Shown here piece after piece: positions 19,922-28,760 of a stretch of 54,527 bases of DNA. Made by a program: the position numbers and the translations under genes. The stretch spans positions 1 to 54,527 of the forward strand of contig CANQHQ010000005.1 of NCBI GenBank assembly GCA_947623825.1, given 5' to 3'. This DNA is from an uncultured Bacilli bacterium. GTDB taxonomy: Bacteria > Bacillota_I > Bacilli_A > RF39 > UBA660. The notes under the pieces were generated by a model. It was not told the DNA's origin. It worked only from the letters and a program-made list of their open reading frames with translations, and searched no databases. Within the stretch, counting starts at the first letter, position 1. Every line of letters starts with the position of its first letter.

Positions 19922-20465
19922 AAATTGGACGATATTGGTCGGCACCTTTGAATGGGTTTTTCGGATCAATTTTGTCTGTAAATAAGATGCCATTTAAGTG
20001 GTCGATTTCATGTTGAAAGGCAATGGCGACTTCTTCTCGCGCTCTTACGCGAATTTGATTTCCTTCGGTGTCGTATCCTTCAATCGTGACTCTTGCGTAT
20101 CGAGGAACGATTCCTTCACATTCTCGGTTGACCGATAGACATCCTTCTCCCGATTCGACATAAATCATTTCTTCTGAATTGGAAACAATTTTGGGATTGA
20201 TTACGATATAAGAATCAAATCCTTCTTCTGTTTCATTGACGATTACAATGTATCGTTTTAATACACCGATTTGAACAGCGGAAAGTCCCATTCCTGGACG
20301 AAGGTTGTATTTTTCTGCCATTTCTTCGATTTGACTATTTACTAAATATTCTTCCATTAAATCGATATTTTTTAAATCTTCCTTGGTCATGGGGAAGGTT
20401 ACTTCTTTACTTACCATGTGAAGTCGTGGGTCTTTTTCATCTAAGATATCACTCATTTTTAACAT
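19920..20465 (-). CDS. def: Peptide deformylase
   Basis: GMGLSAVQ, EGCLSV and QHEIDHLNG motifs. Confidence 0.95.
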   Translation of the reverse strand: MLKMSDILDEKDPRLHMVSKEVTFPMTKEDLKNIDLMEEYLVNSQIEEMAEKYNLRPGMGLSAVQIGVLKRYIVIVNETEEGFDSYIVINPKIVSNSEEMIYVESGEGCLSVNRECEGIVPRYARVTIEGYDTEGNQIRVRAREEVAIAFQHEIDHLNGILFTDKIDPKNPFKGADQYRPI

Positions 20466-20538
20466 AACGTTTACCACTTCTTTTCTTTTCTCGCACATAG
20501 TATATCATTTTTTAAAATTTTATTCAATTCTTTTCTAT

Positions 20539-21552
20539 TTAGATTTTATGATCGTTCCATAATGTTTCTGAAAGAAGGTATTGGTTTCCTGTTTCATCAT
20601 TCCAACAACAATCTATATAGTACCAAGTAGTTCCTATTTTTACCCGATTCCATGCGTGGGCACCCCAACCGGTCCATCCTGCCATAGCCCATCCTTCAAC
20701 GAAGTCACATTCTATTCCGATGTAGTTACACATTGCCTCCATGAGAAGGGCATAAGAAGAACAACGACCTTGTCCAGTGGCAAGGGCATCATATATATCT
20801 CCATATTGTAGATTATAGGTAAGTAGTTTTCCAATTTCCTCATTGAGTTTTTGTACGGCTTCTTTTTCGGTCATGGAAGGAGTAATCCAAGCATTTACCA
20901 TTTCTTTGATTTTGACTTCTAATATTTGATTTCTTTCGTAAGCTTCTCTAGAGTCTGGGACGTTCACTTTATAGATTGGTTTTCCTAGATTGGTGTAACT
21001 TGTATAGAAAAATTGATCATAAGGACAGTACGTGTTATCTAAGGCTTCGATGATTCTCTCGTATTCTTCGTACGTACAGTCCCAATCTAATACGACTTCT
21101 TTTTCTTGACTTGAAAGAACGATCGAAAGAAGTTCTTCCGCGTAGTTTCTTTCTTTCTCTGTTAAATCTTGTATTTGTATTCCTTTTCGAATTCTTTGAA
21201 ACGAAACGCTTTTTCCACTCTCTACCACGATAGAATTTTCTTCTTTTATCGTTGGTGTTTGTGATGGTAAAGATTGAGAAGTTCCTGTGGAAGAAATTTC
21301 TTCTTCCATTTGTAGCTTTTCTTCTGTTTCTACTTTGGTTTCTATTTCAACCGGTTTTTCTTCTTCTTTTTTCTCTATTTCTTTCTTTGTTTCTACGATG
21401 GTGTATTTTTCTACTTTGTTTTCTTTCTTTTCCACTATTTCTTTTTCTGGTTCTTTCTTTTCAATTGGTGCGTAAAGAAAGAAATCAATCGTACTTCCTA
21501 AAAGAAGTATCATCATTATGATTCCAATTCCAATTCCTATTTTTCTTTTCAT
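20539..21552 (-). CDS. Membrane-anchored transglutaminase-like protein
   Basis: N-terminal TM, E/K-rich stalk, GRCSSYA...HAWNRVKIG..WYYIDCCWND (Cys-His-Asp). Confidence 0.85.
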   Translation of the reverse strand: MKRKIGIGIGIIMMILLLGSTIDFFLYAPIEKKEPEKEIVEKKENKVEKYTIVETKKEIEKKEEEKPVEIETKVETEEKLQMEEEISSTGTSQSLPSQTPTIKEENSIVVESGKSVSFQRIRKGIQIQDLTEKERNYAEELLSIVLSSQEKEVVLDWDCTYEEYERIIEALDNTYCPYDQFFYTSYTNLGKPIYKVNVPDSREAYERNQILEVKIKEMVNAWITPSMTEKEAVQKLNEEIGKLLTYNLQYGDIYDALATGQGRCSSYALLMEAMCNYIGIECDFVEGWAMAGWTGWGAHAWNRVKIGTTWYYIDCCWNDETGNQYLLSETLWNDHKI

Positions 21553-21663
21553 AAGAAACCCCCTCTTTCTTAAAAAAATTGGCTATATTATACCACAAAA
21601 AGGGAAAAAAGACAAGAAAAAGAAAAGAAACCAAAGAAAAAGATAGGCCAAATGGCACTATCT

Positions 21664-21825
21664 TTAACGGTTATATCTAGAACCAATGATGATCACTAAT
21701 AAGATGAATAATACTAAGATAATGGCATAATTTGAAGTGTTATTGTTACCCCAATTGTATCCTTGGTAGTATGGATAATATCCCATATTTGGGCATCCAC
21801 AACCAGAACCACCGTAGTAATACAT
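21664..21825 (-). CDS. YjcZ/SscA-family small sporulation membrane protein (53 aa; absent from the ORF track)
   Basis: MYYYGGSGCGCPNMGYYPYYQGYNWGNNNTSNYAIILVLFILLVIIIGSRYNR*; RBS AAGGAGG; hairpin after the stop; family signature AIILVLFILLVII. Confidence 0.85.
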   Translation of the reverse strand: MYYYGGSGCGCPNMGYYPYYQGYNWGNNNTSNYAIILVLFILLVIIIGSRYNR

Positions 21826-21846
21826 AACTTTCCCTCCTTTTGGTTT

Positions 21847-21885
21847 TTACCTACTATAAGGTATTCTAGAGAGGGAAAGAATGTT
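21847..21885 (-). promoter_or_regulatory. sigmaK-like promoter of the YjcZ-type gene
   Basis: aACa-16 nt-AATACCTTATAGTAG. Confidence 0.55.
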
Positions 21886-21980
21886 ATAACAAAAGTCTAT
21901 TTTTGTAAAGAAAGAAAAATTCCAAAAAAGATTGAGAATGAAATGTGTTATGATGGTATTAGAATGAGGGGAGGGCTTTT

Positions 21981-23171
21981 ATGAAAAAGGTTTTATCTTT
22001 TAAACAAATCATGAAAAGTTTAGATAGACCATTATTATTTCTTTCGGTCCTTCTTTTTATCTGTGGCTCTGTCATGATTTTTTCTTCGAGTAATGTGACG
22101 GCTTTTATGAGATATGATGCTTCCCCTTATAAATATTTTATTCGACAAGGGGTTATTTTGGGTTTTTCGCTTCTTTGTTCGTTGATTTTTATTTTTTTTC
22201 ATACGAAAAGTTATAAATATTTATCGACGTTTGGTATTTATTTATTTGGTATCTTTCTTGTACTTGTTTTGTTTATCGGTACCATTCGAAATGATGCCCG
22301 TAGTTGGTTTCAAATTTTAGGAAATTCTACTTTTCAACCAAGTGAAATGGTAAAGATTATTGCGATTTTATTTTTAGCGAGTTATTATGAATCCCATAAA
22401 GATCGATTGGATCATTATCTCGTCGTCTTTTATCCGATTTTTATTTGTGTTTTAATTGCGGGATTGATCTTTGTTCAACCGGATTTAGGAACGGCGATTA
22501 TTTTCAGCTTGATTGTGGCGATTCTCTTTTTTCTCGCTCCTATTTCGAAAGAGATTCGGACAAAAGTTTTGCTTTTGCTTCTCAGTATTTTCTTGATTGG
22601 CGTTGTCGTTCTGACGAGTGGGGGAGCGTCTCTTCTTAGTGAACGGCAAATGAAGCGATTTGATTTTAAGGATCCATGTAGTTCTGAAAAGTTTTATGGA
22701 GATGGAAATCAGTTATGTAATGCGTATATTGCCATGAATCTGGGAGGATTCAAAGGCGTTGGATTAGGAAATAGTACTCAAAAATATTTATATTTACCAG
22801 AAGCCCATACCGATTTTATTTTTCCTATTATCTTGGAGGAACTTGGTTTTTGCGCCGCTATCTTCTTGTTGTTTTTATACTTTTTACTGCTTGGTCGTAT
22901 TATTAAGGTTGCGAAAGAAAGTTACAATACGCGAGGCTATTTGCTTTGTATGGGAGTCGCGTGTTATATTTTGATTCATATCTGTGTCAATTTGGGAGGA
23001 GTTATGGGATTGATTCCTATGACCGGAGTCCCTCTTCCTTTTATGAGTTATGGAGGAAGTTTTACCGTATGTTTGGTTTTGGCTCTTACGGTCGTTCAGC
23101 GAGTCCATTGTGAGAATGTGTATTATCAACAACGAAAATTAGAAAAAATTGAGAAAAAGAAAACCGCCTAA
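21981..23171 (+). CDS. ftsW: SEDS-family protein, FtsW-like
   Basis: GSVMIFSSS, FQPSEMVK, QPDLGTA, GVGLGNSTQKYLYLPEAHTDFIF, TGVPLPFMSYGGS. Confidence 0.85.
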   Translation: MKKVLSFKQIMKSLDRPLLFLSVLLFICGSVMIFSSSNVTAFMRYDASPYKYFIRQGVILGFSLLCSLIFIFFHTKSYKYLSTFGIYLFGIFLVLVLFIGTIRNDARSWFQILGNSTFQPSEMVKIIAILFLASYYESHKDRLDHYLVVFYPIFICVLIAGLIFVQPDLGTAIIFSLIVAILFFLAPISKEIRTKVLLLLLSIFLIGVVVLTSGGASLLSERQMKRFDFKDPCSSEKFYGDGNQLCNAYIAMNLGGFKGVGLGNSTQKYLYLPEAHTDFIFPIILEELGFCAAIFLLFLYFLLLGRIIKVAKESYNTRGYLLCMGVACYILIHICVNLGGVMGLIPMTGVPLPFMSYGGSFTVCLVLALTVVQRVHCENVYYQQRKLEKIEKKKTA

Positions 23172-23208
23172 CGAAGTTTTGTAAATAATCTTAGTAGGAG
23201 GTTTTTTT

Positions 23209-23892
23209 ATGGTTCAATTTCGGTATTGGGTAGAGGAACATCGAGGAGGTCTTCTTTTTCTGTTTGCTTGTCTTCTCATCGGTTCGTTGGCGGTTGGAAT
23301 CTATTTTGGGGTTTCTTATTATTTATGGAAAGAAGAGGAAGAAACAGAAGCTTCTTCTCTTGTAGAAAAGAAAGAAGAACCAAAAGAAGAAAAAGAAAAG
23401 ACGGAAGAAGTAGAAACGGTTTATCTTGTCGATATTAAGGGAGCGATTTCTCAACCAGGTGTGTATGAAATGAAAGTAGGTAGTCGAGTTCAAGATGTCA
23501 TTACGGTAGCGGGAGGTCTTTTAGAAAATGCCGATGTGTCGCTCATCAATCTTAGTAAGAAGGTGGTTGATGAAATGGTAATTTATATTTATACGAAGGA
23601 AGAAGTTTCTTCTTTTATTTCTCCTGCAACTCCGGTTCCTTGTCCTTCCACTTTTTTAGAAAATGATGCTTGTATTTCGGAGTCTTCTTCCTCCTCTTCT
23701 TTTCCGATTTCCTTGAATGAAGCTACCTTGGAAGAATTGATGCAGCTACCGGGGATAGGGGAGAAAAAAGCGGAAGCCATTCTTTCTTATCGAGAAGAAC
23801 ATCATGGTTTTACAAACATTGAAGAGTTAAAGAATGTGAGTGGAATTGGAGAATCTATCTTTGAGGAAATTCAAGAATATCTCACGCTTTAA
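23209..23892 (+). CDS. comEA: Competence DNA receptor ComEA
   Basis: TM; SLBB VDIKGAISQPGVYEM..GSRVQDVI; HhH ISLNEATLEELMQLPGIGEKKAEAI. Confidence 0.92.
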   Translation: MVQFRYWVEEHRGGLLFLFACLLIGSLAVGIYFGVSYYLWKEEEETEASSLVEKKEEPKEEKEKTEEVETVYLVDIKGAISQPGVYEMKVGSRVQDVITVAGGLLENADVSLINLSKKVVDEMVIYIYTKEEVSSFISPATPVPCPSTFLENDACISESSSSSSFPISLNEATLEELMQLPGIGEKKAEAILSYREEHHGFTNIEELKNVSGIGESIFEEIQEYLTL

Positions 23893-25882
23893 TTGGCTTC
23901 TTTTCTTTCTTCTTTTGTTTGGCTTTCTTTCTTTTCTTTTTTCGGTTTCTCGTCCGATTCCTTCTTCTTGGGATATCGATCTTCGCGAAGTAGAAGGGGA
24001 AATCATTCAAATCTTGAAACGGGGTAGGGAAAACGAATTTCTTCTTCGAGATCAACGAGGAAAAAAATTACGGGTTTTTGTTTCTAGTGAGGAAGAAGAT
24101 TCTTTTTTCCTTGGTGACGTTCTTTCGTTGACTGGGACGATGCAGTTGCCTTCTTCTTCTACCGTTCCTTTTGGCTTTTCTTATCGATTCTATTTGTGGT
24201 ATCATCGTGAAAAAGTTGTTTTTTATGCGGATACCTATGAAAAGAAAGGTGTCACGAATCATCTTTCTTTAGGAATTCGTCGTTTTTTTTCGGAAGTCGT
24301 TTCTAGTCGCAAAAATCGTTCTTTTTTGGCCCTTTGTTTTTTAGGAGATGATACTTATCAAGAGGATACCGTTTTAGAGAGTTATCGAACGAATGGAATC
24401 AGTCATCTTTTTGCGATTTCGGGGATGCATTTTTCTTTTTTCTTCCTTTGTCTCTCTTTTTTCTTTCGGCATCTTCCTTTCTCTCGCTCTGTTTCTTTTT
24501 TTCTTTGTAGTTTTCTTCTTTTTTTCTATCTTTTCTTGATTCAATTTCCTCCTTCTAGTTGTCGGGCTTTTTGTTTTTTAGAACTTCATTTTCTTCAAAA
24601 GACGTTTTCTCTTTCTCTTTCGAAAAAGCAAATTTATTTCTGCACAGTCATCTTTTTCCTCTGGTTTTGTCCTTTCTTTTTCTTTGATTTAGGATTTCAA
24701 TATTCGATGTTGATTTCGTTCTTCTTCCTTTTTTCTTCTTCACGTTTTCTTTCGTTTTTTCTTCCTTTTTTGGTTGGTCTTCCTCTTTCTCTTTGTTCTT
24801 TTTTTCATGTCAATTTTCTCAGTGTTCTCTGGAACTTTTTCTTGATTCCTGTGGTAACCATGTTCTTTTTTCCTATTCAAATTCTTTCCTTTTTTTGTCC
24901 CTTTCTTTCTTCTTTTTGTTTTTGGTTGGGGAAGGGGATGGAGTCTCTTTCTCTTTTCCTTTCTCGCTTTTCCTTCCTTTCTTTTTCCTTTCATCATCCT
25001 CCTATTCTTTGGATTCTTCTTTATTATCTTGTCCTTTTTCTCTTTCTTGTTTCTTATCGTCGAAAAAGATATCTTTTCTTTTTATGTTTTCTTTTCTTTC
25101 TTCTTTATCATTATAATTTCTTTTTTCCGTCGACGTATTTTCTTATGATCGATGTGGGGCAGGGGGATGCTTTATTGTTTCATTCTAACAATCATACGAT
25201 GTTATTGGATACGGGCGGACTTTCCTATGATGCCACTCACACGTTGTATCATCAAAAGATAAAACCTCTTTTGGAGTCACTGGGAATTCGTCATTTAGAT
25301 GTGTTGACACTTTCTCATGGAGATTATGATCATGTAGGAGAAGCCCTTTCTTTACTCCAAGATTTTTCCGTATCTCATGTTTATTTCAATGGAAATGCTT
25401 TTTCTAATTTGGAAGAAGAGATTCGAGAGTTTCTTCTTCAGCAAAAGATTCCTTTTTCTATTTTAGAACGAAATGATTCTTTTTCGATTGGAGATTTTTC
25501 TTTTACGACGCTTTCTTCTTCTGGTTCTTCTGAAAATGCTTCTAGTATTGTTTTATTTGGAACTTGTCGAGGAAATTCCTTTCTTTTGATGGGAGACGCC
25601 TCTTCTGAAACGGAGAGGGAGGTGATGCATCATTATTCCTTTCCTCCTTTGTTATTTCTCAAAGTGGGGCATCATGGTTCTGATACGAGTTCTTCCTCTT
25701 CTTTTATTCATTCTTTAGATATCCAGTATTCGTTGATTTCGGTCGGTCATCGTTATGGACTTCCGAAAGAGGAAGTATTAGAAGTACTCAAGGACAGTCA
25801 AATTTATCGAACGGATTGGGATGGGAGTATCGAAATACGATTTTATGGTCATCGATATCAAATTCAAACGTATGCGAAATGA
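23861..25882 (+). CDS. comEC: Competence DNA uptake channel ComEC (start uncertain: TTG23861 or GTG23840)
   Basis: GISHLFAISGMH; beta-lactamase-like domain IDVGQGDA, LDTGG, SHGDYDHVG, KVGHHGS; follows comEA. Confidence 0.9.
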   Translation: MRKFKNISRFNWLLFFLLLFGFLSFLFSVSRPIPSSWDIDLREVEGEIIQILKRGRENEFLLRDQRGKKLRVFVSSEEEDSFFLGDVLSLTGTMQLPSSSTVPFGFSYRFYLWYHREKVVFYADTYEKKGVTNHLSLGIRRFFSEVVSSRKNRSFLALCFLGDDTYQEDTVLESYRTNGISHLFAISGMHFSFFFLCLSFFFRHLPFSRSVSFFLCSFLLFFYLFLIQFPPSSCRAFCFLELHFLQKTFSLSLSKKQIYFCTVIFFLWFCPFFFFDLGFQYSMLISFFFLFSSSRFLSFFLPFLVGLPLSLCSFFHVNFLSVLWNFFLIPVVTMFFFPIQILSFFCPFLSSFCFWLGKGMESLSLFLSRFSFLSFSFHHPPILWILLYYLVLFLFLVSYRRKRYLFFLCFLFFLLYHYNFFFPSTYFLMIDVGQGDALLFHSNNHTMLLDTGGLSYDATHTLYHQKIKPLLESLGIRHLDVLTLSHGDYDHVGEALSLLQDFSVSHVYFNGNAFSNLEEEIREFLLQQKIPFSILERNDSFSIGDFSFTTLSSSGSSENASSIVLFGTCRGNSFLLMGDASSETEREVMHHYSFPPLLFLKVGHHGSDTSSSSSFIHSLDIQYSLISVGHRYGLPKEEVLEVLKDSQIYRTDWDGSIEIRFYGHRYQIQTYAK

Positions 25883-25903
25883 GAAAAGGAGTGAGTAAAA
25901 CTA

Positions 25904-25920
25904 TGTCTAAAAATGTCTAA
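25904..25920 (+). promoter_or_regulatory. Tandem Spo0A-like boxes (1 mismatch each)
   Basis: TGTCTAA-aaa-TGTCTAA with a 10-bp period. Confidence 0.35.
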
Positions 25921-26011
25921 TATTGGATGTATCCTTTTCTTGCTTGACAAGAAAAAAAGAATAAAATTAGAAAAAAACCGTAACTTTTTTCGCTTTTTCT
26001 CCATAATATAT

Positions 26012-26069
26012 AGTAAGTCGCTTACCAAAGCGCTTTACATAGATGAAGGAGAATTTTTCTCCTTTTTTT
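26012..26069 (+). ncRNA. Candidate small RNA
   Basis: Preceded by AC-17 nt-CATAATATATAGTA; ends in terminator AAGGAGAA-ttt-TTCTCCTT plus T run; no RBS-led ORF. Confidence 0.3.
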
Positions 26070-26134
26070 GTTTTTTCTTTTTCTACTGTGTTATAATGAA
26101 GTGGATTGGAGTAATATTTATTGAGGTGAAGTTC

Positions 26135-26641
26135 ATGAAGAATCATACAGATAATCAAGAATATGTTTCTTTAGTCCAAGATATTTTAGAAAATCAAGAG
26201 TTTCAAAAATTACAAGGAATTGTTCATCATGGTCATAATCGTTTGGATCATTCGTTGAGAGTTTCTTATTTTTCATATAGAATCGGAAAAATGTTGACGT
26301 TAGATTACCGTAAAATTGCACGGGCAGCATTACTTCATGATTTCTTTTTTGAAGATAATGAAAGTGCCAACTGCAAGACAAGGGTGAAAACGTTGGTTCG
26401 TCATCCAGAGTATGCGTTGGAGAATGCTAGCAAGTATTATGATTTGACGGAAATGGAACGGGATATTATCGTGACGCATATGTTCCCTATTTCACCAAGA
26501 GTTCCAAAGTATTTGGAAAGTTGGTTGGTGGATTTGGTAGATGATTGCGTTTCGGTTAGCGAAAAGTTGTATCTAGCGAGACGGGAATTTTCAACCGCGA
26601 TGTCTTTTGTTTTCTTTTGTTTTATCAATTATTTAAGATAA
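26135..26641 (+). CDS. HD-domain phosphohydrolase
   Basis: HH..RLDHSLRVS, ARAALLHDFF, HP, IIVTHMFP; RBS GAGGTG; own TGnTATAAT promoter. Confidence 0.85.
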   Translation: MKNHTDNQEYVSLVQDILENQEFQKLQGIVHHGHNRLDHSLRVSYFSYRIGKMLTLDYRKIARAALLHDFFFEDNESANCKTRVKTLVRHPEYALENASKYYDLTEMERDIIVTHMFPISPRVPKYLESWLVDLVDDCVSVSEKLYLARREFSTAMSFVFFCFINYLR

Positions 26642-26674
26642 ATCTTTCGCTTTATTTGGGAGGTTTCATACAGT

Positions 26675-27202
26675 ATGTTTTCAGGGGATTTGAAAGAACT
26701 TATTTTAAAACTAATCGAGGAAAGAAAAGAACCCAAGTTGTATTCCTTACTTCGGAATGAAGAGGCTTGGAATCAAGAATATTATATTATTGATACAGAA
26801 CATGTTCATGGCTTGGAATCTTATTATCCACAGAAGAAATTCGAGTATGTGATGGAACAGGCTTCTCTTAGCGAAGTGATGCAGGTTCTCGAGTCAAAGA
26901 ATATGGATTATAATGATGTGCTTTTTCTCGACCGGATTCTATTAGAGGATTATGCGCTTGTCATGACCTATTTTCAGAAATTTACGACGCTTGGTTCGAT
27001 TGTGAAGAACAGTGCGAGCGATAGTGCATTAGAAAAGAAAGAAAAAGCAGTGAAGGAAGAGGTTCAAACCAAAATACAAGAGAGTGAGAATGGTGCTTCT
27101 TTCTTGCTTCCGTTATGGGAACAATTTTTCCTTTCCTTATCGAAAGACATGGAGGAAATCAAGAAACAATGTGAGGAGAAGGGACTTCAAGTTCAATCGT
27201 AA
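26675..27202 (+). CDS. Hypothetical protein
   Basis: 175-aa ORF with RBS GGGAGG. Confidence 0.7.
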   Translation: MFSGDLKELILKLIEERKEPKLYSLLRNEEAWNQEYYIIDTEHVHGLESYYPQKKFEYVMEQASLSEVMQVLESKNMDYNDVLFLDRILLEDYALVMTYFQKFTTLGSIVKNSASDSALEKKEKAVKEEVQTKIQESENGASFLLPLWEQFFLSLSKDMEEIKKQCEEKGLQVQS

Positions 27203-27213
27203 TCCTTGTTTCT

Positions 27214-27247
27214 TTTTTTTGCGGTTTTCTTTTTTTTGCGGTTTTCT
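27214..27247. repeat. 17-bp tandem duplication
   Basis: TTTTTTTGCGGTTTTCT x2. Confidence 0.7.
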
Positions 27248-27295
27248 CTTGTCTAGGCAATTTTTCTTTTTTGTGTTATAATGAGTTTAGTTTTT

Positions 27296-27372
<77 letters not shown>

Positions 27373-27474
27373 GATAGATAGAAAAACTACTTCAGAATTA
27401 GGAAAGTAGTTTTTATTTTTTCTTGAAAAAAATCTCTTTTTTTGATAAAATAAGGAACATTTGTGAGGTGTACT

Positions 27475-28524
27475 ATGGAGAAAAAGGGTTGGAATTTGGA
27501 TTATTTATCTAAAAAAATAGAAAAGTGTAGGGAAGAACCTTCTTCTTTGGAAGATTTGGAAGTGTATCAATTACTATTATGTACTTTGTTGTTTCAAGAG
27601 GGAGAAGTAGAGGAAGAAGAAGTGGATCTTTCTTCTTCGTTAGAATTGTTATCTGGTTTATCGAATCCTTACCATTATTCTTCTTCGGTCCAAAGAAATT
27701 GTTCTTCTATCGCTAGGCAAATGCTTGGTTTTGATGGTATTTCTCCTTCTTCTTGTTCTTCTAAGATTTCTCATGAAGAAGCGCTTTCTCTCGTTGGAGA
27801 TTTTATTCAATCAGAGTTTGGTGTTTCTCATTTGAAAGTCTATCAAGAATTCTTTCTCCATCGTTCAGAATACGTGTTGTTTGACCGAATCAGCGATCTT
27901 TCTGCGGTTACCATTACCAAGGAAGGAGAACGTTTTATTCAAATTCGTGATACACGAGATGTCGATATGGTTTCTAAGATTGCTCATGAAGCAGGGCATG
28001 TCTATCGATCATGGATTTATTCCTATCCCGAAAAAGAACATATCTTAGGAGAATTTGAATCTTTTAGTTACGAACTTCGTCTTCTTCAATGGATGATGAA
28101 ACAACACCTTTATGAAGAGGATGCGACCAATTGTTTTCTTCAGAGTATGCGACTTTTGGAAAATCTTACCATTCTTTCTTACTTGGATCGTTGTTATCAT
28201 TTTCATTTGATGAAATCTCCTTCTAAATTGGAAGAAAGAGTTCAACAATTAGGATTACTTTCGCGAACGAAAGAATCTTCTCTTTCTAGTTTGTTAGATT
28301 ATCTTTATTCTGTTCTTCAAATGAATCATCCAACGTATCTTTATTCCTATCTTGCAGTCCTTCAACAGTGGGATGTTCCTTCGTATTTAGAAAATTATGA
28401 ATGGATTGTGAGAAATCTAGATAAAAAGAAGCCTTCTTCCATTTTACAAAAAGTTTGTCGAGATCCCATTACGAATTTAACTTCTTATGAAAAGAAAAGA
28501 AAAATCCTCATGAAAAATGGATGA
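27475..28524 (+). CDS. Putative zinc metallopeptidase (HExxH...E, gluzincin-like)
   Basis: IAHEAGH followed by GEFESFSYE; RBS GAGGTG. Confidence 0.6.
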   Translation: MEKKGWNLDYLSKKIEKCREEPSSLEDLEVYQLLLCTLLFQEGEVEEEEVDLSSSLELLSGLSNPYHYSSSVQRNCSSIARQMLGFDGISPSSCSSKISHEEALSLVGDFIQSEFGVSHLKVYQEFFLHRSEYVLFDRISDLSAVTITKEGERFIQIRDTRDVDMVSKIAHEAGHVYRSWIYSYPEKEHILGEFESFSYELRLLQWMMKQHLYEEDATNCFLQSMRLLENLTILSYLDRCYHFHLMKSPSKLEERVQQLGLLSRTKESSLSSLLDYLYSVLQMNHPTYLYSYLAVLQQWDVPSYLENYEWIVRNLDKKKPSSILQKVCRDPITNLTSYEKKRKILMKNG

Positions 28525-28710
28525 TTTTTCTTTTTTTTTGTAAAACTTTCCGATAGTCTGGAAGTTTAGTAGAACTTTCGTTGTTTTTTAATAAAACATA
28601 GAAGAAAAGTGTTTTATACTGCACATAGGCTAGAAACAGAAAAAGGGGCAAAAATAGAGAAGTATATGAATAATTCGTACAGATTCTGAAAGAATTTGCG
28701 GCTAAAATTG

Positions 28711-28739
28711 TTGACTTTTCAAGTGGGGGGGGGTATACT
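28711..28739 (+). promoter_or_regulatory. sigmaA promoter of the pilus operon with a G9 spacer tract (candidate phase-variable)
   Basis: TTGACT-TTTCAAGT-G9(28725-28733)-TATACT; spacer 17 nt. Confidence 0.8.
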
Positions 28740-28760
28740 GAAAATAGGCGGGTGATCACA

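Noticed and set aside
21763-21984. 73-aa plus-strand ORF
   Set aside because: No RBS or motif; it is antisense to the better-supported YjcZ-type gene and covers promoters.
27214-27247. Regulatory significance of the 17-bp tandem repeat upstream of tRNA-Arg
   Set aside because: Low-complexity T-rich duplication, consistent with simple slippage or an assembly artefact.
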